This document shows positions 8,779 to 17,144 of a stretch of 49,270 nucleotides of DNA, one piece after another. Every line of letters starts with the position of its first letter. The first letter of the stretch is position 1. The stretch spans positions 1-49,270 of IMG/VR virus record IMGVR_UViG_3300022697_000076; one strand, written 5' to 3'. The notes under the pieces are model-generated. The model did not search any database, was not told where the DNA came from, and worked only from the letters and a program-made list of their open reading frames with translations. The DNA is from a virus. Taxonomy: Duplodnaviria > Caudoviricetes. Made by a program: the position numbers and the translations under genes.

Positions 8779-11700
8779 ATGGCTTTTGGTGACATTCCTG
8801 CAGAGTTTAATGGTATAGACCCTGCAACACAAGATGATAGAGACATTGCTGAGTTTCAAAATTATAAGAGTTCAAGTGCAGAGCTTTTAGGTTATGGTAT
8901 TCCATTAACTCTTGCAGGTGTATTTGATGAAGTAGGGCAAAGTGTTGGGTTTCTTGATGAGGGGGATATACCAAAAGCTATTAATGCTATATCAACTGAT
9001 GCAGGTAGAGTATATGGACAAAATACAGAAGGTTTTAAAACTGTTGGTGCTTTGGCAACCACACTTGTTCCTATACTTGCAGTGCCTAAAATTTTACGTG
9101 CAGGTAAATTGATTGATAACGTACTTAAAACTACTAAAATTGGTACTGCTGTTAGTAAAGCATTAATAACCTCTGGCAAACAGAATCAAGATAGAATTAG
9201 GTCTTTAGGTAAAGAGCTATCAGTTATGAAAGAAGCAGGCTCTCGTGATATAGCACAAATACCCGGTCTCATTGCAGCAATTAAAAAAGAAAAACTTGGT
9301 GCTTTATCTGATAGTCTACGTGAAAATGTCGCTATTGACGCTGCAATATATGGCCTACTTAATGAAAATAACGTTTTGTTCCCTTCTGATTCTCCTTATA
9401 CAAATCTAGCTTTATATACAGTACCTACAGCTTTAATGGGAGCGGGTGCTTACGCATTTACTGGCAGAGCTATTATGCGTCATATATCATCTGTAGATGG
9501 TTTCGCTGGAGAATTACAAAAAGCTCGTAGTGTTAAGGGGTTAAAGACAACAGAAGTTTTATCTATCAAAACTAATAGAGGTGTTGATATAGCAGATGCA
9601 AGTGAACAATTAAAGCAGGCAAGATTAGACAAAAATGAATCTACTATACAAGCTGGTAAAGATAATGCACTTGCAAATGAAAAGGTGCAAGAACAAAGAA
9701 TACAAGCTGGTGTACAAAAATTAGGTGAAGACTCTATATATCCAGCTGGTATTGGAGGTAAATTTAATTTTAAACCTGAAAGTGGTGAAAATTTAACTGC
9801 AACATCCGCGTATAAAAATGAGCCTTCACTTGCAGTAGGTGCTATGGAGTTAATACCTTTAACTAAAAATACTGAAGTGGATTTAATTAAAAGGCAAACA
9901 AATACAGTTGTAGGTATAGAAAAAGATATAGGTGTCATGCAACGTAAGATAGATAGGATGGGATTTGGCAGTCCAGAAAAGATTAAACTGCAAGATGAAA
10001 TAGATCAATTGCAGACATCAAAGCAGCTAAATAAGGATATGACATCCGAAGTTATTGAGACTGACGGTAGTATTGTCCCTGTAGATCAAAAACGATTTAC
10101 CATATTAGACGATACAAACTCATTAGGTTTTAGAGATATAAAAGAGGGCATAGAACTGTCAAGTAAGGATGCAAGTTCCATAGGGCAAGAGATTGGAATT
10201 ACTAGAACAGGAGCTTTAATTTTAAGTGATACAGGCAAACAGAGCTTAAAAAATAAAACAGATGAGATTATACATGGTATAAATGCAACTGAGATTATAC
10301 CTAAACAATCTTTAAGTGAAGAAAGCCTTTTACGTTCAAGTTCTGGTTTAGAAGATATTGTAGTAGACTATTCTACCACTACCAAAGTAGGAACAGATTT
10401 ATTTAACTCACTTGATGATGATGTATTAACTAAGTTATCCACTAAGAGTGGATTTACTGATATGACTGATGATCAGATAAAACGAATGTCAGCTTCATTT
10501 AATAAAACTGGTTTAGCTAGTAGATTAAGAAATGATGTTGCAGATGCAAATGGAATGATTCCTTTGTATACACAGGTAAAAGACCCACTAAAATCTTTTA
10601 ATAAACTAACTAAGTTTAGCATAAAACCTTTTGCAGTTGAAGGCACTGAAGTTATTCGTAAGATGGTATTTGTTGATGATATTGCAGGTATACATAATGG
10701 CAGCCTTTTAGTTAAGCCTTTAGATAATACAGAAATAATTAATGGTAAAATAAGCCAACTACGTTTAGATGAAAAAAATAAACTATTTGAATCACAAACT
10801 ATAGATCAACGGGCAACTTCTTATGCAACTGCACAAAAATTTATAGACTCTTTTAATCCTGAAGGTGCAGAAAAACTTATTGCAAATGAGGCTAGGACAC
10901 ATTTAGAATTAGATATGCAAGTTGCTATACTTAAAAAGTTTCCTGAAAATGACACAGTTAACTATACGCCAAATATGAGTTTAAAAGGTAAAGACCTTAT
11001 AGATGTTTTAGAATACCAAAGTATAGTTAAAAAATCTAAAGAGTTAGGTAAATTAAATCAAATCCAAACAGCTGGTAGACGAGGGATTTTAAACGTGTCT
11101 GAAAAGCAAAAACAAAATGCTTATACTAAAGCACTAACAATGAATTTACCCAATCCAACAGGTTTTGGAAATCATCCTATAGTTGACTTACTAGATGCAC
11201 TAACACCTTCCATAGGTAATTTAGTTCCATCATTACGTAATATAGGAAAAGATTTGCAAGAAGTTAAACAGCAAATGGTTAATATGGTTAAAGAGGGAGG
11301 TGAAATTGCTGATGGTATATCATTAACTGGTAATAGTTTAAGGTTTGATAAAAATCCTAAAATGAAACCTGTTGTACAGTTATCACAAAATAGGGCTAAG
11401 AATAGACTTGCTCCTGATGCTATAAATGACTTAATAAGGTCTGAACAAATTAATAGGTATTCCATGTTAGATAGAGCTGAGGAAATGGGAGCGCCTATGG
11501 TTAAAATTATATGGGATTCTGTATTAGAAAATCCTGCTTTATTTGCAACAGCTAAAAAAGTTGATTTTATAAATGAAGGTACACAGGCAGGTAAGGGTGT
11601 AATTACTTCAGCAGCATTTGCTAATAGGAATTCTGAAGTTATACGTGCAATGGATACTATACAAGATATAGTATCAAGAAAAGCTACACAGTATATTGCA

Positions 11701-14397
11701 AATGTATTTAATCCACATAATTTAAACTTTAGTCGACTTGGGTCAATCGGCAACCAAGGAAGTTTAACAAGCTATAATCAGGCTGTAAATGAATTACAAA
11801 ATGGTTGGGATGTATTAGAAGCACCTATGCGGCTTGTAGAAGGTAAAAAATTTGGTCTATCATTAGATGGAAATAGTAAACGTAATACAGATATGTATAA
11901 ACAGTTTTTTGGTAGAAATTTAAAAGATGATATTGAAAATAGTGCAGAAGGTTTAATTGCTATGCCAGTTAGAGCTAGTACAAAAGAGGGTGATGGATTA
12001 GTTCCTAAACCAGCTGTATTAGATCAACTTGCATTTGATGCATTAAACTCAACAACCCAGTTATCACATCAATATTTAGATAACTTAAATCATATAAGAA
12101 GAGTTAAAAACTTAACTCCTATTAATAAAAGAAATTGGCATGTACCATTTTATGACTTACGTGGAGAGAATATATTACATATAACAGATATGGAAGGTAA
12201 AACACTTAATATGGTATCTGGTTCTACAGCAGGAGAAGCTTTGCGTAAAGCAAATAACCATGTAAAAGCTTTTGGAGATAATAATATACGGAGTACTATA
12301 CAAACACCTGATTTTACTGAAAGGCATGTTATAAATGCAGGAGGTATATTTGAAGCTCCAACCAATAATTTTGGTGCATCTGGTAGACAGACAGGTGGTA
12401 GAGGAGGTTTAACAGCAAGCCCAGACCAAACTATAGGTATTGATGTAGTACAAAATAGAATTAAACAATTGCAAAGTAATTTTAATTCTATAACTAGATA
12501 TACTAATACTGCAATTTTTGAGGGTGAATTAAACTACGCAGCAAGAACTGCTAAAGCTTTACCTGCAAGCTCAGCTAATAATAAAATTGCAGGTACAACT
12601 CAATTAGATGAGTACGCTAGAGTTACAATGCAAACTGCAGGTTTAACTGAAAAAACAGGTTTAGGTAAATTAGCTTATGGTGTTGAATCTGCAGCTGACA
12701 TGGCATTAGCTAAATTATGGGATGGTTATCACGATTTTATTCCATCAACTACAAGTGCAAGCAAGCGAGAGTTTGATAAGTTTAATGATGCAGTTGGTGG
12801 TAGTGAATATAATCCATTTAAAACTTTTGGTGAGTTTTTAGAGAGAACCACAAAAATTAAAACTCCACCAAAGCTTAGGAATATACAAAGCAAGATGGCT
12901 AATTTTACAACTGCAATGGTATTAAGAATATTTGATGCAGGTATGCCACTATTAAATTTTGCTTCAGTTGCAGCAGTTACTCCAGCAGTTGTAAGGGCTC
13001 TTCAAAGAGTTGATGGTGAAAGTATGGCTCAACATCAACGGCGTATTGGCATTATGGGGACTGCTATGTCTAATGGCACTGCAATACCTAGTACAGGACG
13101 TATGGTTTCAACTGGCCTGCATGGCATGTTTGATAAAGAAACTCGTGAAGCTATTAAAATAATGAAAGAGCAAGGAATGTTTAAACAGGAAGTTGCAGAA
13201 AAGATTGAACTAATAACGTCACCTATACAAGGGTATATGGGACGTATGACAGATAAGACTGTAGAGTGGCTATCTAAACCTACAGATTGGTCTGAAACTA
13301 TGAGTAGGCAAATATCATTTTCTATGTTTTATTCTATAGGAAGAAAAAGTATGCAGCTAGATAAAGGTGCTGCAATATCATTTGCTCAAAAACTTGCAAA
13401 TGATGTAGTTGGTGACTATAGATCAAGTAACCGGCCACAAATATTTCAGGGAAGCATGATGCCATTTGGAGCTTTTACTACTTGGTCATGGAATTTTATG
13501 CAAAGAGTCTATGGTGATTTAGAAGGTGGAAGGCTTGGAGCTGTAGCTGTACAAGCAGGCACACACGCATTTTTATTTGGTACAGAAGCACTACCCGGAT
13601 ATGAATCTGCAACCGAATTATTAAGTAGAAGCTATGATGGTAAAACTAATCTTGCAGATAGTTTAGATAATGCATTTGGCCCAGAGGCTATGGATATAAT
13701 TGGGGCAGGTGCTATAGGGCAAATACCTAAACTTTTTGGTGGGGAAGCTATTAATGTAGGTGGTAGAGGTTCTGTAGGACTACCTGCAATATTAACAGCT
13801 AACAGCCTTGCAGATATGGTTCCTAGTATTAAGGTTGCAAAGGATTTAACTCAAGGAGCTGTAGATACATTTAATTCAGTTAAACAAAATTCTGGGGTTA
13901 ATTTTAGAGAGCTAGCTGAAGTTTGGAGTAACCAAGCAGTTAATGGTGCTATTAAATCTGGGTTAAATGGCATGTTGGGGTATAAAGTTGATAAAGCGGG
14001 ACAGTTAATTAATGCTGATACTAGAAGAATGAGTGATGTGCTTGCAATGACATTTGAACTTAAAACTGTTAGTGAGAATAATAAAAGAAAAGAGGTTAGG
14101 CGTGATAGGTTAATGCAAGAACAGAAGGCTGAAAGAGCAAGAGCTTTAAACAAGCAGTTACGGTCATTTGCTAGGAGTCCGGATGGTATGGATGATGACA
14201 CATTTGAATCTATTTTACAGGAAGGTGTTAAACAAGGTATGACATTTGAGAGTTTACGCAACTCAATGAAGTCAGCTGCAATTATAGGTCAAGTTGAAAT
14301 TACTGATAGAAACTTAGTTCAAGCTTTAAAAAAGAACTTAGATGCAGGTAGAACTGCTAGGTTATTACGATTTCAAGAAAATGATGCAATTGAATAG
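8779..14397 (+). CDS. Large internal virion (ejection) protein
   Basis: 1872 aa, last gene of the structural operon, hydrophobic Gly/Ala-rich segments near both ends. Confidence 0.65.
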   Translation: MAFGDIPAEFNGIDPATQDDRDIAEFQNYKSSSAELLGYGIPLTLAGVFDEVGQSVGFLDEGDIPKAINAISTDAGRVYGQNTEGFKTVGALATTLVPILAVPKILRAGKLIDNVLKTTKIGTAVSKALITSGKQNQDRIRSLGKELSVMKEAGSRDIAQIPGLIAAIKKEKLGALSDSLRENVAIDAAIYGLLNENNVLFPSDSPYTNLALYTVPTALMGAGAYAFTGRAIMRHISSVDGFAGELQKARSVKGLKTTEVLSIKTNRGVDIADASEQLKQARLDKNESTIQAGKDNALANEKVQEQRIQAGVQKLGEDSIYPAGIGGKFNFKPESGENLTATSAYKNEPSLAVGAMELIPLTKNTEVDLIKRQTNTVVGIEKDIGVMQRKIDRMGFGSPEKIKLQDEIDQLQTSKQLNKDMTSEVIETDGSIVPVDQKRFTILDDTNSLGFRDIKEGIELSSKDASSIGQEIGITRTGALILSDTGKQSLKNKTDEIIHGINATEIIPKQSLSEESLLRSSSGLEDIVVDYSTTTKVGTDLFNSLDDDVLTKLSTKSGFTDMTDDQIKRMSASFNKTGLASRLRNDVADANGMIPLYTQVKDPLKSFNKLTKFSIKPFAVEGTEVIRKMVFVDDIAGIHNGSLLVKPLDNTEIINGKISQLRLDEKNKLFESQTIDQRATSYATAQKFIDSFNPEGAEKLIANEARTHLELDMQVAILKKFPENDTVNYTPNMSLKGKDLIDVLEYQSIVKKSKELGKLNQIQTAGRRGILNVSEKQKQNAYTKALTMNLPNPTGFGNHPIVDLLDALTPSIGNLVPSLRNIGKDLQEVKQQMVNMVKEGGEIADGISLTGNSLRFDKNPKMKPVVQLSQNRAKNRLAPDAINDLIRSEQINRYSMLDRAEEMGAPMVKIIWDSVLENPALFATAKKVDFINEGTQAGKGVITSAAFANRNSEVIRAMDTIQDIVSRKATQYIANVFNPHNLNFSRLGSIGNQGSLTSYNQAVNELQNGWDVLEAPMRLVEGKKFGLSLDGNSKRNTDMYKQFFGRNLKDDIENSAEGLIAMPVRASTKEGDGLVPKPAVLDQLAFDALNSTTQLSHQYLDNLNHIRRVKNLTPINKRNWHVPFYDLRGENILHITDMEGKTLNMVSGSTAGEALRKANNHVKAFGDNNIRSTIQTPDFTERHVINAGGIFEAPTNNFGASGRQTGGRGGLTASPDQTIGIDVVQNRIKQLQSNFNSITRYTNTAIFEGELNYAARTAKALPASSANNKIAGTTQLDEYARVTMQTAGLTEKTGLGKLAYGVESAADMALAKLWDGYHDFIPSTTSASKREFDKFNDAVGGSEYNPFKTFGEFLERTTKIKTPPKLRNIQSKMANFTTAMVLRIFDAGMPLLNFASVAAVTPAVVRALQRVDGESMAQHQRRIGIMGTAMSNGTAIPSTGRMVSTGLHGMFDKETREAIKIMKEQGMFKQEVAEKIELITSPIQGYMGRMTDKTVEWLSKPTDWSETMSRQISFSMFYSIGRKSMQLDKGAAISFAQKLANDVVGDYRSSNRPQIFQGSMMPFGAFTTWSWNFMQRVYGDLEGGRLGAVAVQAGTHAFLFGTEALPGYESATELLSRSYDGKTNLADSLDNAFGPEAMDIIGAGAIGQIPKLFGGEAINVGGRGSVGLPAILTANSLADMVPSIKVAKDLTQGAVDTFNSVKQNSGVNFRELAEVWSNQAVNGAIKSGLNGMLGYKVDKAGQLINADTRRMSDVLAMTFELKTVSENNKRKEVRRDRLMQEQKAERARALNKQLRSFARSPDGMDDDTFESILQEGVKQGMTFESLRNSMKSAAIIGQVEITDRNLVQALKKNLDAGRTARLLRFQENDAIE

Positions 14398-14437
14398 GGT
14401 TCTGGATGCAGGGAAGCTTACTCGAAAGGGTACTTGT

Positions 14438-14480
14438 AATGGTGTGAGTTACTGATATAGCCCACACCATTTTTTTATTT
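14438..14480 (+). terminator. Rho-independent terminator ending the structural operon
   Basis: ATGGTGTG...CACACCAT stem followed by a T run. Confidence 0.75.
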
Positions 14481-14609
14481 AAGTTTAACACCAAATAACT
14501 TACCTAAACCCTCTTTGCAATGAAGATTTTTTACCCCTTTGTACTTAGACCTAACTTTAAATATTTCCTGCATAAACCTCTGATGTTTAGTTAAGCGTTT
14601 AATCCTCAT
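14475..14609 (-). CDS. Small basic hypothetical protein (44 aa; not in ORF track)
   Basis: MRIKRLTKHQ...LFGVKLK; ATG overlaps the endolysin stop (ATGA). Confidence 0.45.
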   Translation of the reverse strand: MRIKRLTKHQRFMQEIFKVRSKYKGVKNLHCKEGLGKLFGVKLK

Positions 14610-15250
14610 CCCTCAAACCATGCTGCAATCTCTCTTTCTGCAACTCCAATCATATCTCCATATCTCCTTGCCTGCCCACTTCCATTATAACCTCTTGCAA
14701 ATGCTTCAAAGTTTCTACTACGTAGACCGTGCAACATAGGATAGTCCATAAATTTAAACATACCTTCAATTTGATTTACAACGCCCATATTAAAATTGTA
14801 ATACATTTCCATAGGAGTTGTGAATTCTAACCTTAAGTAGTTAAATCCCATTATTTGAGGCAATCCCATAGATATGCTTTTAAATGCTGCAAGTTCATCG
14901 ACTTCTATACAGAAATTAAATACATCATTTTCTTTACTTTGATTGCCATGATAAGACATAAATGTATCTACATTAAGTGCGCGAAATTGCTGCTCTTTCC
15001 AAGGCTTCTCTGCATTGTAACGAAACATACTATCTGCAATATGCTTTACACTATCACCGCAATACTTGATAAATTTATGCGCCTCAAAACGTATAATTAA
15101 CCTCCCTGTTTTATTATCAAACCCATCATCGTCATTAGTTTCTACTTGAAGTACTGCAAGAATGGTTGGTATAGGCACTTTATAAGCAAGACTTAAATCC
15201 ATAAATTCAGCTTCGTATTTTTTGTATAACTCTTTAACTTGTAGGCTCAT
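14606..15250 (-). CDS. Endolysin, N-acetylmuramidase (DUF3380-type)
   Basis: Motifs AVLQVE, IRFEAHKF, SMGLPQIMGFNY, FARGYNG. Confidence 0.9.
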   Translation of the reverse strand: MSLQVKELYKKYEAEFMDLSLAYKVPIPTILAVLQVETNDDDGFDNKTGRLIIRFEAHKFIKYCGDSVKHIADSMFRYNAEKPWKEQQFRALNVDTFMSYHGNQSKENDVFNFCIEVDELAAFKSISMGLPQIMGFNYLRLEFTTPMEMYYNFNMGVVNQIEGMFKFMDYPMLHGLRSRNFEAFARGYNGSGQARRYGDMIGVAEREIAAWFEG

Positions 15251-15483
15251 GATTTAGACCTCTCATCTGTAAATGCAGCTTTAGCAGTTGTAATAAAGTA
15301 TGCTAAATGACTTTTTGTTTTAGCGTGATAGGTAAGCCTCCAGTATAATATATGTGCTGCAATTTCAACGTGACTATCGTCGAACACATCCATCTCTACA
15401 CCCTCAAGTACATATAGGTTGCCTATATTTGCTAAAGTAAACCCTAAATCTTTTGCTTCCTGTATTAGTGCAATACTCATCAA
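15247..15483 (-). CDS. Hypothetical protein
   Basis: 78 aa, ATGA-coupled to both neighbours. Confidence 0.65.
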   Translation of the reverse strand: MMSIALIQEAKDLGFTLANIGNLYVLEGVEMDVFDDSHVEIAAHILYWRLTYHAKTKSHLAYFITTAKAAFTDERSKS

Positions 15484-16781
15484 ATTATCCTCACCTTATT
15501 ATCTTGTAAAATTAAATCTTCCCAATCATCGGAAAGGTCATCGATATAACTATATGCAGTACCAGCAGTTATAGTTAATTTTGCAATCTTCTTTTTATTA
15601 ACCAACTCTGTTAATGTATTTTGAAAGTCAATTAACTTCATATCCTTCCCCATGACATTCCAAAGTACTTGTGTAGTAACAGCTTCACCAACGTGCATTA
15701 AGAACTCTAATAACTTTTGTTTTGCAGCACTGATTGGTGATAGTCCAAATTCTCCAAGCGCATCTGGCATACCTGCCTCTGTCATTTCTAATAGTACATT
15801 TGCCATCTCAATATCTATAACTTCAATCATCTGCTTCTTACCTAACACAGCTAATAACATTGCAGTTTTTAATAAATGTGTATGTCTTCTTTCTAAATAG
15901 TAGATAAACCTAGTGTCTTCAATAGTAGCTTTATCCTTCATATAAATATCTCTTTGCATATCATTTGCTGACTTTGAAAATAGTATATCACCTCTTAACT
16001 CATGATATAGCCAAGAGAATATACTGCCAATTGCAGGCTCTATATCCTTATCTACCCTTGCCTCATCTATTGGAACTCTCTTGCCTCGCTTGGGAGAAAA
16101 ACAAAGTATCCATCGACTCATAAAACCCTGCCCTATACTTTCGGCTGGCAAGATACGTGCAATTTCGCTTTGAGTAGTGCAGCCAATGATAGTCATTAAC
16201 GCCTCACTTAAAGTTTTTCTTTCATTCTTTAATCTGTAATCGTAACTCTCACCATCCCATACCTTATTTAAAAGTGCTGCCATTAATGAATCTCCATTGC
16301 CCATGAACGTACTAAACTCACTTGCAGCAGCAAACAAACAATGTGCATCCGTGCTGTTTAAATTAAGCTTTATATTGCCAAGTGTATCAATGTCAGTTGC
16401 ATCGAGAGCACTTTTAGCGGCATCCAATTCGGGTATACTTCCATCCTCTAGTATATCATCTCCTGCAAGTGCCATTAATAAGCCTTGACGTTGACTGCCT
16501 GTATCATCAGGTGCATATCTAACTTGAGTATACTTCTTTACTAACTCACTGGAGTACTTCATAGCCTGTGATTTTCTAGTTCCTGGTGGCCCAACCAAAA
16601 GCGTAAATATATTTGGATATATATTACCTATGCCAGTTGGTAAATATGCGTGTCTGCCAATACAAGCACTTGCACTAGCTAAGGAACTCCATATATGCAT
16701 AATGGTAGGGCTTTCTGTATGGTAGACATACTGTAAATATGTATCAATAAACTCATGCTGTTTTAGTTTTTTTAAGCTCAT
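15480..16781 (-). CDS. DUF3987-like P-loop ATPase, probable replicative helicase
   Basis: Walker A GPPGTRKS, Walker B-like AASEF, GFMSRW arginine motif; adjacent to DNA polymerase. Confidence 0.75.
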   Translation of the reverse strand: MSLKKLKQHEFIDTYLQYVYHTESPTIMHIWSSLASASACIGRHAYLPTGIGNIYPNIFTLLVGPPGTRKSQAMKYSSELVKKYTQVRYAPDDTGSQRQGLLMALAGDDILEDGSIPELDAAKSALDATDIDTLGNIKLNLNSTDAHCLFAAASEFSTFMGNGDSLMAALLNKVWDGESYDYRLKNERKTLSEALMTIIGCTTQSEIARILPAESIGQGFMSRWILCFSPKRGKRVPIDEARVDKDIEPAIGSIFSWLYHELRGDILFSKSANDMQRDIYMKDKATIEDTRFIYYLERRHTHLLKTAMLLAVLGKKQMIEVIDIEMANVLLEMTEAGMPDALGEFGLSPISAAKQKLLEFLMHVGEAVTTQVLWNVMGKDMKLIDFQNTLTELVNKKKIAKLTITAGTAYSYIDDLSDDWEDLILQDNKVRII

Positions 16782-16917
16782 TTATTCTACGTTCCAAGTC
16801 TTTAATTGCTTTTTTATAAAGTGAGAATAGGTTAAGTGTATCTACGCCTTGTAGTCTTGCATTTAGTTTTTTAATACAGATTTGCATTTCTTTTTCTGTG
16901 CTAGTTTCATACCTCAT
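16753..16917 (-). CDS. Small coiled-coil hypothetical protein (54 aa; not in ORF track)
   Basis: MRYETSTEKE...KKTKTA fills the gap in a packed operon. Confidence 0.45.
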   Translation of the reverse strand: MRYETSTEKEMQICIKKLNARLQGVDTLNLFSLYKKAIKDLERRINELKKTKTA

Positions 16918-16919
16918 AA

Positions 16920-17144
16920 TCATCCCCCACTAGTATACGTTAATAATTTAAACCCTACTTCAAACTGCAATTTGCTAATTTGATGAATGTCTGCAATTGA
17001 CTGTTTATCAGGTGAAGGCTTTTCGTACATTGATATTAAACCTTTGCTGCTAGCAAGCTCACCGAGGTAAAAGAATATCTCCCCGGTGGCTTTAAGTTGG
17101 CAGAGTCTAAGTTGCAACTCTATTACTCCACCAACTGTCCTCAT
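16920..17144 (-). CDS. Hypothetical protein
   Basis: 74 aa, fills the gap after the polymerase; start uncertain. Confidence 0.5.
   Translation of the reverse strand: MRTVGGVIELQLRLCQLKATGEIFFYLGELASSKGLISMYEKPSPDKQSIADIHQISKLQFEVGFKLLTYTSGG

Noticed and set aside
8428-14261. Antisense ORFs inside the large structural genes (also 3955-4431 and others)
   Set aside because: Shadow frames of real genes with no recognisable motifs
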